IMG/VR virus record: IMGVR_UViG_3300031707_000005
Coordinates: 20,624-84,623 of that record
DNA length: 64,000 nucleotides
From: a virus
Direction: 5' to 3' (one strand)
Shown here: positions 1 to 8,963 of the stretch, one piece after another
Layout of the letters: each line of letters opens with the position of its first letter
How positions within the stretch are numbered: the first letter of the stretch is position 1
The notes under the pieces: generated by a model
Seen by the model: only the letters and a program-made list of their open reading frames with translations
What the model was told of the DNA's origin: nothing
Databases searched by the model: none
Program-made: the position numbers and the translations under genes

Positions 1-1796
1 TTACCAACATAAAGAACACAAGGACAAAGTTGAGAATCGTCTGCAGCAACATTTCCGCAGCAAGTGCAGATAGTGAAAAGAGATATACAATTAGAAACTC
101 CAACGCCGTTTACAACATATGAATGATCCACATCAACTTGAAGATCATATACAAATCCATTTAATTTCGAATTTTCAATATTCTTGACGACAGAGTATAC
201 ATGGCCTTTGGAAATCCAACGATCACAATTCCCGGAATTTCTTTTTTCGAAAGAGGTACCGGATTTTCTGATTTTCTCCGACGGAATGATGAAGGAACCA
301 GAGTTTCTAATCCGAATCTGGTGATCAATACCAGAAGAATTCGGAAGCATCTTTGTCCCTTTCCTCGGGATCGAAGATAATGTTCCGATGAGACCACAGC
401 GGTTCAGAATAGTAAGAAACTGAGTTGCGAGACCCTTGTTACGAGTAGATATGAAAACTTGTTTCGTTCCACGTTTGGTCGAACTAATACACCCATCAGA
501 GTCTATGACACCCGAAAGAAATGCAAGTTGATGTTTTTTCGGCCACAAAAGAACATCTCGTTCAAGGCATTTATCAAGAGCTCGTCGACCCGTAACATGA
601 CGATCAACCAAACCACGAACGGCTCTTGATGAACTAACGAGGTAGTTGGCTCCTCTACGCGTCGAACGCGAAACAGTTTTCGGAATAGAGCCGCCGACTG
701 CTATTCTCATTTCCTTGGCAAGCCAAGAAATGCGATTTATTTCGGATTCAACGAAGTTCGTTATTGATGCGTGTTCTTCCGAAGCATCAAGGCAGAAACC
801 AACACCAACGGTTGAGTCGTGTTTATTTTCGAATTTCCAACCATCTCCAACCCAAAGACCAAGGAGCCGAGCTTCCGATTCCGTGCAAGAAGGGACCACT
901 TCGCCCTTCAAAATCGGAGTAGCAACAATATCTCCAATTTCAAGGCATCCGGCTTCACGATATTCAAAACCGTAAGCTTCCGGACGAAGACGCTTCTTAC
1001 CACGTCGTACATCATATTGCACGATATCGCGAGGGACAGCATAAAATTTATGATTATTTGTCGCATGGATCGAGGGAAGTCCTACCACCTTCACACGACG
1101 CATAGACCAACGGTTTTCCCTGATCTGAAGATTATCGACTCGACAGATATTTCCCTTTTGGGAAATGACTTCCATATCAGGGCGAATCTCTTCAATAGGG
1201 AGAGTAGTCCCATCTGCCATTAGAACGGGCGTACCCGCTTCAAAGCAGCCCATGGACATCGCGTTAATATCACCGGACACGATATCCGTAACAAGCTGAC
1301 GGTGCTTACGATCAGTAGCAACCAGTATGTCAATATAAGCTGATTTCCCGAGGTCTCGGGCGATGGCGTCAACAATGAAGCCTTTTGATAAATCCGGAAG
1401 CTGGATATGCTCGAGATAGTTATGAGCTCCGATGAACGTTCGGTATGTAGAAAGAAGAAGCGAACGTTCCCAAGCATCGCCGTTATTATTAATAATCTCG
1501 TGACATTCCGGTTTAATACGGAAATCAGGCCAACGAACATCAATCTGAACGCCCTGAGTCATACTGCGTCCGGTCTTCACACCCTTGGGGGTGTATGTAT
1601 CGACGGACGCGACAATCGTGGCATGTGATAGAAGATATTGCTTCGGATCGCATTTACGAAGAACGGTCTTAGCCACACGGTGTATATGATCACGTGGAAC
1701 CGCACCTTCGTTTTGATTACGAAGAGTTTCCATCCAGTCATCAAATTCGATTCCAGGTCTCGAGACAATAGCTTTAGCTGTGCGTCTAAATGACAT
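1..1796 (-). CDS. Prohead (capsid maturation) protease containing an intein; 3' end lies beyond the left edge of the window
   Basis: Not in the ORF track. Manual translation from ATG at 1796 gives MSFRRTAK...IINNNGDAWERSLLLSTYRTFIGAHNYLEH...KGFIVDA...IVSGDINAMSMG|intein|CISLFTICTCCGNVAADDSQLCPC. The NxNGD, H, KGxIxDA, SMGC and CxxCGN pattern matches large-myovirus prohead proteases, and the gene lies in the portal/terminase block. Confidence 0.8.
   Translation of the reverse strand, partial: MSFRRTAKAIVSRPGIEFDDWMETLRNQNEGAVPRDHIHRVAKTVLRKCDPKQYLLSHATIVASVDTYTPKGVKTGRSMTQGVQIDVRWPDFRIKPECHEIINNNGDAWERSLLLSTYRTFIGAHNYLEHIQLPDLSKGFIVDAIARDLGKSAYIDILVATDRKHRQLVTDIVSGDINAMSMGCFEAGTPVLMADGTTLPIEEIRPDMEVISQKGNICRVDNLQIRENRWSMRRVKVVGLPSIHATNNHKFYAVPRDIVQYDVRRGKKRLRPEAYGFEYREAGCLEIGDIVATPILKGEVVPSCTESEARLLGLWVGDGWKFENKHDSTVGVGFCLDASEEHASITNFVESEINRISWLAKEMRIAVGGSIPKTVSRSTRRGANYLVSSSRAVRGLVDRHVTGRRALDKCLERDVLLWPKKHQLAFLSGVIDSDGCISSTKRGTKQVFISTRNKGLATQFLTILNRCGLIGTLSSIPRKGTKMLPNSSGIDHQIRIRNSGSFIIPSEKIRKSGTSFEKRNSGNCDRWISKGHVYSVVKNIENSKLNGFVYDLQVDVDHSYVVNGVGVSNCISLFTICTCCGNVAADDSQLCPCVLYVG
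90..1247 (-). mobile_element. Intein (386 aa) with LAGLIDADG homing endonuclease, inside the prohead protease
   Basis: Starts CFEAGTPVLMADGTTLPIEEI. Contains LLGLWVGDGW and QLAFLSGVIDSDG. Ends FVYDLQVDVDHSYVVNGVGVSN followed by +1 Cys. The 1158 nt length keeps both ends in frame. Confidence 0.92.
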
Positions 1797-1831
1797 TGCA
1801 ACCGGAGAATTTAAAGCAAGTCTAAAATCAA

Positions 1832-2407
1832 ATGGGTCGTAAATTAACTATACTGGACCGTACCCGCTATATGAGCGATAAAGTAGCAGATCTACTCCGA
1901 CATGTCAGCACCTCAAAGGTGGAAATAATGTTGTCGGAGCAGAATGTGGTTTCCGGAATCCCGGACTCCGGTTTTTGGCCAAGGGTTACTATCAGTATCC
2001 CGGGCAAATTCAGGACATTTCCACTTACCTACTATAAACAGCAAACTAAACAAACAAGTAGTATACTCAGTGAACTCGAAGTAGAAATTCTCATATTGGT
2101 TAGTGGGGGCTCAAAAACCGATGTAAACCATTATGGACGTAAAAGGGAACTAAGAGGTGCTGCTGCCAGAATACAGGGTGTCATTAATAGAGCCATTCTA
2201 AAGGCATCAACGAAAGACCCGATGGCCACTAGACATGCAGCTGCATCCCGTCGATATAGAAAGAATAAATTCTTGCAAAAGTTCAAAGACTTCTGCAAGA
2301 CGAACGGTTACGGAGTCGAATATGAAGACATCAGACCATCGGAACTTGGAAAAGTCTGGGATGACGTCCGACGAACGAAGCTAGCCGAGTCCGTGATGGA
2401 CAGCTAA
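1832..2407 (+). CDS. Hypothetical protein ending in the (V/I)MxS C-terminal motif
   Basis: 191-aa ORF filling the gap between head genes on the opposite strand; ends AESVMDS*. Confidence 0.7.
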   Translation: MGRKLTILDRTRYMSDKVADLLRHVSTSKVEIMLSEQNVVSGIPDSGFWPRVTISIPGKFRTFPLTYYKQQTKQTSSILSELEVEILILVSGGSKTDVNHYGRKRELRGAAARIQGVINRAILKASTKDPMATRHAAASRRYRKNKFLQKFKDFCKTNGYGVEYEDIRPSELGKVWDDVRRTKLAESVMDS

Positions 2408-3157
2408 TTATTTTGCGGACGCCATTCTCATTCGCTTGATAACCGGCAAAAGAGCTGTTCTGAGTCTCGGACTCGAATGAGCAAGTCGGATCAATACCGG
2501 GAGAGCAGAAGAAATGGATGAAGTTTTGTGATGTTTGAGAATATCATAAATTTCTCTCATCATAACTTGGACTTCAGTCTTCGGATCCAGGACATCATAT
2601 ACTTCTTGCATCAGGGACTGGGTTTCATCTGAAGGCGTTTTTTTAGTTTCAACCTTAGGTTCAGTCTGCTTCGAGAGACCCTCGGCACCCTTCAAAACAG
2701 ACTTGATCCCGCCTTCAGAAGGTTCTTCCTCGAGATCGTCGAGCTCAACAAGAAATTGTTCCAATTCTTTAAGGTGAGGAACGTCTTTATCTTCGCCTTC
2801 ACCAGCGACTCGAGCCGAAGCGCTCTTCGCGCTCTTCGCGCTCTTCATCTTCTTAACGATCTCGCGAAGTTTTTCTTTTTCTTCAGCGGCTTCATCGTCA
2901 AAGAACTTCACAAATTCAGCCGACGCAGGATCGAGATCACCTGATTTGATTTTCTCAAGAGCCTTCTTCAAGGTATCCTGAAGCTTCTTCAGAACCGGGG
3001 CAGCCGACTCGAAATCTGAGTCAAAAGACTTCGGTTTCGGATCTGGATTTTCAGCCGCATATTGAAGAGTAGCCTTCTCGAGCTCGTATCCGAGAATTGG
3101 GTTGCTACTGGAAACGCGGCTAGCGATCTCCATTAATTTTGCGATATGCTGGTTCAT
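2408..3157 (-). CDS. Putative internal head/scaffold-like protein
   Basis: Acidic and helical, with SARVA and LIRLAHSSPRLRTALLP motifs shared with 4889-6391. Start placed at MNQHI, next to the upstream stop. Confidence 0.6.
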   Translation of the reverse strand: MNQHIAKLMEIASRVSSSNPILGYELEKATLQYAAENPDPKPKSFDSDFESAAPVLKKLQDTLKKALEKIKSGDLDPASAEFVKFFDDEAAEEKEKLREIVKKMKSAKSAKSASARVAGEGEDKDVPHLKELEQFLVELDDLEEEPSEGGIKSVLKGAEGLSKQTEPKVETKKTPSDETQSLMQEVYDVLDPKTEVQVMMREIYDILKHHKTSSISSALPVLIRLAHSSPRLRTALLPVIKRMRMASAK

Positions 3158-3159
3158 AG

Positions 3160-3603
3160 TCAAATACCCAATTCTGTATTCGCTCGAGTTAGATCGGAGA
3201 TCCACTCTGCAAGAATTTCTGGAATTTCCGTGTCCTTGGTTTTCTCAAAACGTGCAAGTGCACGATTTCCAGCGTATGAATGAGGGATACCGAGATCCGG
3301 ATAATCGATCGTTTCATCAATCGGTTTTCCGTTAAGGGTCCAAACCTCTTTCTCGGTACCACCACCAGAATCAATCAATCCATGGCCTACAAGCTCTCCA
3401 AGAGAGGTGTCGGCAACGACATGAAAACTACCATAACTACGTTTATCACCAGTTTCGTAAACAAATTCTTTAACAGTCACAGGGGCTATGGCAGCTATGA
3501 TTTTCTTCAAATCACGCGCCACAAGTGCGCGATCCGGATTCCGAGATTTATTGATTGCTGATGCAATCCGACGAAGAGTCTTGGAAAGTTCCGACGGTTC
3601 CAT
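3160..3603 (-). CDS. Putative head-associated protein
   Basis: N-terminus MEPSELSKTLRRIASAINKS resembles an internal segment of 51703-52542; lies in the head operon. Confidence 0.6.
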   Translation of the reverse strand: MEPSELSKTLRRIASAINKSRNPDRALVARDLKKIIAAIAPVTVKEFVYETGDKRSYGSFHVVADTSLGELVGHGLIDSGGGTEKEVWTLNGKPIDETIDYPDLGIPHSYAGNRALARFEKTKDTEIPEILAEWISDLTRANTELGI

Positions 3604-4292
3604 TAGTGAAGATCCTTAGGATGAATCACAAAGCTACAATCTTGGCATTGCAAGACTTTTTTACCCGCACGATAGACACGTGGCTTAAGTAAGCCTTTGC
3701 ACCGAGGACAGGACACCTTCCCAGAAGATTTCTCTTGTTGGGTTACTTTGTACCGACGCTTGTTATTCTTCCAGTAAATTGCAACTCGACGGCCGAGTTC
3801 ATATAGATTCGAGACCGTCAGTCGAACGGCTTCTTGCCCATACTCAGGACCGAAGGTAGAAGACATACGGAAATATGTCTCGACCTCGTCCATACCACAG
3901 TGCCACGCTTCACAGGCTGCTCTCCATAAAGGAAGAGTCCTATCTTCATAAGCGTCGACAGCGCGACTGGCGAGTGACTTACGGAATTTCTCATCAGCCT
4001 TCTGAACCGGCTTCGAATTAATATTCCGAGCACCTTCCCAGGTTGAATAACTCTGGTCAGCTTGTGACGGAGCGAAGTACTCAGAAGTATCTCTGATTAA
4101 CTCCGAAGCTGTCTCGAGCTCTGCACCCCAAGGCCATTGGACCTGAACTTTCCCGGTGTCCACGTTCGAATAGAGAACTCGACCAATATAGGGACTCATA
4201 ACGAAGTCGCGCAACCCAGCCTTGCGCACGACATCGCCGGTATTAAAATCCCTAGCAATCAGTTGGTCATCTACGAACGCAGTCCGGTGCAT
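3603..4292 (-). CDS. Hypothetical head-region protein with C-terminal Zn ribbon
   Basis: CPRC...CQDC at the C-terminus; overlapping stop/start with the next gene. Confidence 0.7.
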   Translation of the reverse strand: MHRTAFVDDQLIARDFNTGDVVRKAGLRDFVMSPYIGRVLYSNVDTGKVQVQWPWGAELETASELIRDTSEYFAPSQADQSYSTWEGARNINSKPVQKADEKFRKSLASRAVDAYEDRTLPLWRAACEAWHCGMDEVETYFRMSSTFGPEYGQEAVRLTVSNLYELGRRVAIYWKNNKRRYKVTQQEKSSGKVSCPRCKGLLKPRVYRAGKKVLQCQDCSFVIHPKDLH

Positions 4293-4328
4293 CTGGGTCT
4301 CCCTGGTGCCTCAGCCAGCAAACCAAGC

Positions 4329-4847
4329 TCAAGGAGCCCAGGTCTTACCAGCGGACGCGGTACGGGGAGCTTCAGAACCCTGCTTGGTGCTCTTACCGGC
4401 AGGACCCTTCGTCCAAGAAGGTTGCTTCTTGGTCGGTTCGGCCCATTCCGATAGATCACGGACCTGATGTTCCTTACGATCGGTCACCGTTGTGGTGCGG
4501 TCCTGATCGTAGTTGTCGATCCCATCAGCATTGAAAGACTTCTCAGTCTTATGCATGTATGGCTCGTCCGAATCCGACTGGATCACCTTATTCGGGTTGT
4601 CGAACGTATCCATATACTTCTCATCGGAGTCCTTCTGAAGAACCTTCGCGACCTTCGTCGCGTGGCGCTTCAGGGCATCATTACCGAACGCTGCGACCTG
4701 AAAACGGTCAGCAAACGTATCGATATCACGTGTAAGAGCCGCAGCAACCCGCGGGTCCATCTTACCCGCTTTAGCGAGAAGGTCAATCTTATTAGCGGTC
4801 TCGTCGAGATTCGCGAGGACCTTGTTAGCAACTTGCTTCTGAATCAT
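4329..4847 (-). CDS. Putative head-associated protein
   Basis: GGAG SD before MIQKQVAN; several K/R-x-A motifs. Confidence 0.65.
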   Translation of the reverse strand: MIQKQVANKVLANLDETANKIDLLAKAGKMDPRVAAALTRDIDTFADRFQVAAFGNDALKRHATKVAKVLQKDSDEKYMDTFDNPNKVIQSDSDEPYMHKTEKSFNADGIDNYDQDRTTTVTDRKEHQVRDLSEWAEPTKKQPSWTKGPAGKSTKQGSEAPRTASAGKTWAP

Positions 4848-4888
4848 GAGTATCTCCGGGCTTACCCTATAAGGGTTGCATGAAAGGT

Positions 4889-6391
4889 TCACCACTCCGC
4901 ATCGTCAATCGAAGCCTTTTTCTTGCCAAAAGGAGGAGCCTTTTTACCACCAAACGGAGGAGCTTTCTTACCTCCAAAAGGTGGTTTCTTCTTTCCGTCC
5001 TTACCGGCAGGAGCTTTCTTTTTAAGGGCTTTCTTACCCTTCTTCTTGTCCTTGTCCTTGTCCTTCTTTTTCTTGGCTGCAGCCAAGATCGGAAGAAGGG
5101 TGCTCCGAACAGCCGGAACTTCATGAGCAAGGCGGACAAGAGTGCTAAGACTGACGCGAACTGAGCTCGTCTTAACGTGTTTAGCAGCTTCTCCAACATC
5201 TGAGAAGAGTGCGTCGAGACCCTTCACGAAGGACTCGATGTCGTCATTTGCAAGAGCTTTATCAAGCTCAGAAGCTTGACCACTAAGAGTCTTCATGAAA
5301 GCTTTGCCTTCATCGTCAGACATTGAGTCGAGTGCGTCCAGAACGCTCTCAAGACTCGCGCCACCAATATCAGCAACACGCGCGGAAGCGGTCTTCTTCT
5401 CAAGAACTTCTGATATATCTTTCAAACCATCAACAAAACCTTCAACATCTTTGGAATTGACGAGCTTCTTCGTCTTTTCCTTAAGATCTTTCAGATCAAG
5501 ATGTCCTTCAACAAATGAGTTCATTTCTTTGTCAGATAAAGAACCCTGTTCTTGTTGTTGACCTTGTTGCTCCTGAGAGTTTTTACCCTCTTCCTGCTGT
5601 TCTTCCTGCTGCTGTGAGGTTTTACCCTCTTCCTGCTGCTGCTGCTGCTCTTCAGCAACACGCATTGATCGAACAGTTTTAACGATATCAAGCGCGGCGC
5701 GCGGATTTGAATGCCTTAGTTCACTGGCAATACGCAGGAAATCTTGAACATTGGTCATGACTGAGGCGCTCCTATTAGATCCGTCTCTAGGTAAAATAGT
5801 CTCGGCAAACTGATCATGCTTCCAACCTGCGACACGATTTAGAAGCATGTCGTATGTCTCAGCATCAATCTTAGATTGATATAGATTAGAGTCGGCAAGA
5901 TGGATGGCTAAGTCTAGCGCGGCTCGGATGGGAGCATCAGGAGCACCGCCTTCCCAACCATTTTTCAACCAATCTTCACCCATCAACTCTTTAGTGGCTG
6001 CCACGATAGAGTCGAAGTGGTCTTTCCCAAAATAACGCTTGTCGTACGACTTATACGGAGTATTTGTCGGACCGGACGGATGTCCTTGTCCAAGTACTCC
6101 GTGATATGAAGCAATCTTTTGAGACATAGCCTTAATAGGTCCGGTTTCATAAGAAGTTGCTATACTGGAAGCAATCTCATTAATAATAATAGGTTTCATA
6201 GACATAGTCGCGAGAGACATATCAGAATCATCTGTCTTAGTATCCGTGTCGCCAGTATCGATCCTACGACGCCTATTATCGTGTTTCGGTCCACGCTTAT
6301 CGTCTGTCTTACGAGATGGGGGAGTCTTTTTATCAATCAGGCGTTCTACCTGACGTTCCTCTTTCTCTGATGGAGTCAAATCAGTCGGCAT
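4889..6391 (-). CDS. Putative scaffold/internal head protein with Q/E-rich linker and Lys/Pro-rich tail
   Basis: Directly downstream of portal; poly-Q/E tract, KKTASARVA, LVRLAHEVPAVRSTLLP, and three KKxPPFG repeats. Confidence 0.6.
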   Translation of the reverse strand: MPTDLTPSEKEERQVERLIDKKTPPSRKTDDKRGPKHDNRRRRIDTGDTDTKTDDSDMSLATMSMKPIIINEIASSIATSYETGPIKAMSQKIASYHGVLGQGHPSGPTNTPYKSYDKRYFGKDHFDSIVAATKELMGEDWLKNGWEGGAPDAPIRAALDLAIHLADSNLYQSKIDAETYDMLLNRVAGWKHDQFAETILPRDGSNRSASVMTNVQDFLRIASELRHSNPRAALDIVKTVRSMRVAEEQQQQQEEGKTSQQQEEQQEEGKNSQEQQGQQQEQGSLSDKEMNSFVEGHLDLKDLKEKTKKLVNSKDVEGFVDGLKDISEVLEKKTASARVADIGGASLESVLDALDSMSDDEGKAFMKTLSGQASELDKALANDDIESFVKGLDALFSDVGEAAKHVKTSSVRVSLSTLVRLAHEVPAVRSTLLPILAAAKKKKDKDKDKKKGKKALKKKAPAGKDGKKKPPFGGKKAPPFGGKKAPPFGKKKASIDDAEW

Positions 6392-6439
6392 AAATATTCG
6401 ACATAACAAGACAATGAAAGTCTATTGCATGATATTATA

Positions 6440-8260
6440 TCATGCCGAGTCTTCAGACTGTCCGAATCTATCACCCTTCTTCTTAATCATTTTGAGACCG
6501 GCATTTGTGACAATTTTCTCTAGTGCATCGGTTTCGTCAATAGCTTTATCTCCAGCCTTCTGGAGAACATTTTTTAAGAATTCATTGAATGTTGAGTCAT
6601 TCGGGGTAAACATATCACGCTTTAGCTCTTCAAGAGTTTCGTCTGAATCTATATTCAGGAGTTCAAGAATAAACGAAATCGGAAGTGATCCCTTTTGATA
6701 GAGATTAAACATGAAGTCTTGGAGCTCCGTATTATCTCGGAGGGCAAGACGAGTAAACTGAAGTTTCGGATAAAGGTATACCTTATTTCCGAATTCATCG
6801 ATTTCAAAGAATCCTTTTTTCTCTGCAACGGGTTCAAAAAGCTGCTCCTCAACAAATTGGGCAATACTCTCCCGGTACAGAAGATACATCGTATTCATGA
6901 CATCAAGATGAATTCGTTCACCAGAGTAAGTTGACTCTCCGGTCAACATTGACTCAGTGATACGAAGACCGATGAACAAGAGCTTATTTGTAATCTCATA
7001 TTCAGTTCCGAGATCAAGAAGACGATCTCGTGATCCAATTTCATCCCAATGAACTTCAAAGTTCGTAACAACAGTGAAATCAGGATCAATAATAGCTTGA
7101 TCTATTTGATCACGCAAAGCATCAACGTCTGGTTCAGACATCTTATCTGCCCATATGATACGTTTCGGAGTCATCGCACGAGACGCAATTGAAGTTTGGG
7201 CTTGACGAAGTTTATCTTGATATAAAAGAGTACGGAGACAACGTTCTAAAAGTGATATTCCACGCTCATCATATGATGACTTCTTGTGGGAAAGATGGTG
7301 GCAAAATGATGAACAAAGAAAAGAATCATATGGACTTGAATTAAGAGGTATAGGTTGTCCAGACATCAAGTTTTCACGGATTTGCTCCGGAATATCATCA
7401 GCAATACGTGCCGACTCTTCGTCGTGTTGTTCCGTAGCCTTCATAACGAGAAGTCTATCCTTCTCGGAAGGAATAAGTTCTATTTTCGCTTTATTTGTAT
7501 ACTGAAAAACCTCAAGCTTAACTTGTTCTGGAGGAAGAATTTGGAGTCTTTCCCACCCAGTATAATTCTCAGCCACGTACTCGCGGATGGTTTTATTCAT
7601 CTCGCTTTCCGGTTTCATTGCGCGTTTACGCTCTGTTTTCGTTCTCGCACGACCAGCGTAATCAACTTCAACGACGTTTTCTTCAGCGGGTTCACCTTCT
7701 TTAGGAGGCTCAAGAAACATTTCGTCAGTTATACTAGAAGTAAGGTCATGGTCTTCACAGAAGATAAAAACGTTCCCGTGAAGCCAGTATTCATGGGTGG
7801 CATCATACAAAGTCTGAAATAAACGAACCCTCTTACACATTCTTTCATAAAAATGAAGAATTTGTTTGTTCCGGGTCTTGTCTTTTCCCTTCGGGAGAGA
7901 AAGACGAATTTTGCTCATCGGAACGTCTGTATGGAAATCAATAGCTGACCCAACTATAGGGTGTGTCGTGTACCAAAATCTAAAAAGCTCACGTTTTTCA
8001 CGTTCAGACTGAGGTAATTCAAGAAAGTCTGTGGAAAGCTGAGGACTATAAAATGCAGAGTCGGCATTCGCAATGGCACTGGAACCAGAGTTCCCGAAAC
8101 CACCGGCAAATGAAGCAACACGAATAGACTGAGAAGCTTCCTTCCTAGCCATCTTCTCGAGCTTTGACAATCTAGACTTAGTAGCAACCTGTTCTTGTGC
8201 CTCAACGACAGGAAGACCTGGTCGCGGGGGTTGAACTCCTGTCCGTGGTTTCTTAGGCAT
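6440..8260 (-). CDS. Portal protein
   Basis: 606 aa, near terminase. Motifs FRFWYTTHPIVGSAIDFHT, EYWLHGNVF and RGISLLERCLR are typical of large-myovirus portals. Confidence 0.8.
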   Translation of the reverse strand: MPKKPRTGVQPPRPGLPVVEAQEQVATKSRLSKLEKMARKEASQSIRVASFAGGFGNSGSSAIANADSAFYSPQLSTDFLELPQSEREKRELFRFWYTTHPIVGSAIDFHTDVPMSKIRLSLPKGKDKTRNKQILHFYERMCKRVRLFQTLYDATHEYWLHGNVFIFCEDHDLTSSITDEMFLEPPKEGEPAEENVVEVDYAGRARTKTERKRAMKPESEMNKTIREYVAENYTGWERLQILPPEQVKLEVFQYTNKAKIELIPSEKDRLLVMKATEQHDEESARIADDIPEQIRENLMSGQPIPLNSSPYDSFLCSSFCHHLSHKKSSYDERGISLLERCLRTLLYQDKLRQAQTSIASRAMTPKRIIWADKMSEPDVDALRDQIDQAIIDPDFTVVTNFEVHWDEIGSRDRLLDLGTEYEITNKLLFIGLRITESMLTGESTYSGERIHLDVMNTMYLLYRESIAQFVEEQLFEPVAEKKGFFEIDEFGNKVYLYPKLQFTRLALRDNTELQDFMFNLYQKGSLPISFILELLNIDSDETLEELKRDMFTPNDSTFNEFLKNVLQKAGDKAIDETDALEKIVTNAGLKMIKKKGDRFGQSEDSA

Positions 8261-8289
8261 TGTATGTCAAATCGAACGTAAAAAGTGTA

Positions 8290-8649
8290 TCACCGGAGCA
8301 GTTCCGGGTCTCGAATGGCTTCCTCGAGTTCGTTTCTCTTAGTCTGTAATGATTTCCCTACGGATTTAGTAACAGACGAAGTCTTAGAACTAACATTTCT
8401 TATATCCTGTATTACTGCCTGAATGGCAAGACGCCGTGATACCATAGCAGCCCTCAAAGCAGGATTCTTATCACACATTCGACGAAAGTGGTCAGCATCA
8501 ACGAGGGCGGCTTCAAGAATCGGAGTAGCTTCAGACAACCGATTAGAAACCGACCCGAATAGCTTGAGAGCTTTTTCTAAGTCATCCTGACGATCGCGCA
8601 ATTCAACAGCACTAAGTCCTCGCGATGGGTGATTTGACATATCTGCCAT
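8290..8649 (-). CDS. Hypothetical coiled-coil protein
   Basis: 119-aa ORF in operon between terminase and portal. Confidence 0.7.
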   Translation of the reverse strand: MADMSNHPSRGLSAVELRDRQDDLEKALKLFGSVSNRLSEATPILEAALVDADHFRRMCDKNPALRAAMVSRRLAIQAVIQDIRNVSSKTSSVTKSVGKSLQTKRNELEEAIRDPELLR

Positions 8650-8652
8650 GTT

Positions 8653-8940
8653 TTACCCTACTAGTCCGATAAACTTTGAAGCAATTCGAGCAGCAATCTT
8701 TCCAACCCCTCGAGACTTTACAAGATGGTCTAAGGCATCCTCAATAATCTTTACGGATCTCATATCACCATCCATGAGTGCCTGCCACGAGCCGCCTCGA
8801 CGGTGAAAATCGTGATATAAACCTATGAAATCCTTATTCGACATTTCCTCATCGTCACCATATATATGATCCATAATTTGTCGGGATATAGTATAGGCCG
8901 TCGTATCCTTAACACCGGCTTTGTTGTTAGAGTCATCCAT
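8653..8940 (-). CDS. Hypothetical head-associated protein
   Basis: Ends KIAARIASKFIGLVG; preceded by the TAGCCCTTT motif. Confidence 0.65.
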   Translation of the reverse strand: MDDSNNKAGVKDTTAYTISRQIMDHIYGDDEEMSNKDFIGLYHDFHRRGGSWQALMDGDMRSVKIIEDALDHLVKSRGVGKIAARIASKFIGLVG

Positions 8941-8963
8941 TATGCTGAAAGAAGACGAAAGGG

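Noticed and set aside
161-1801. Short ORFs listed in the track over 161-1801
   Set aside because: They are shadow frames of the protease-intein CDS that runs off the left edge.
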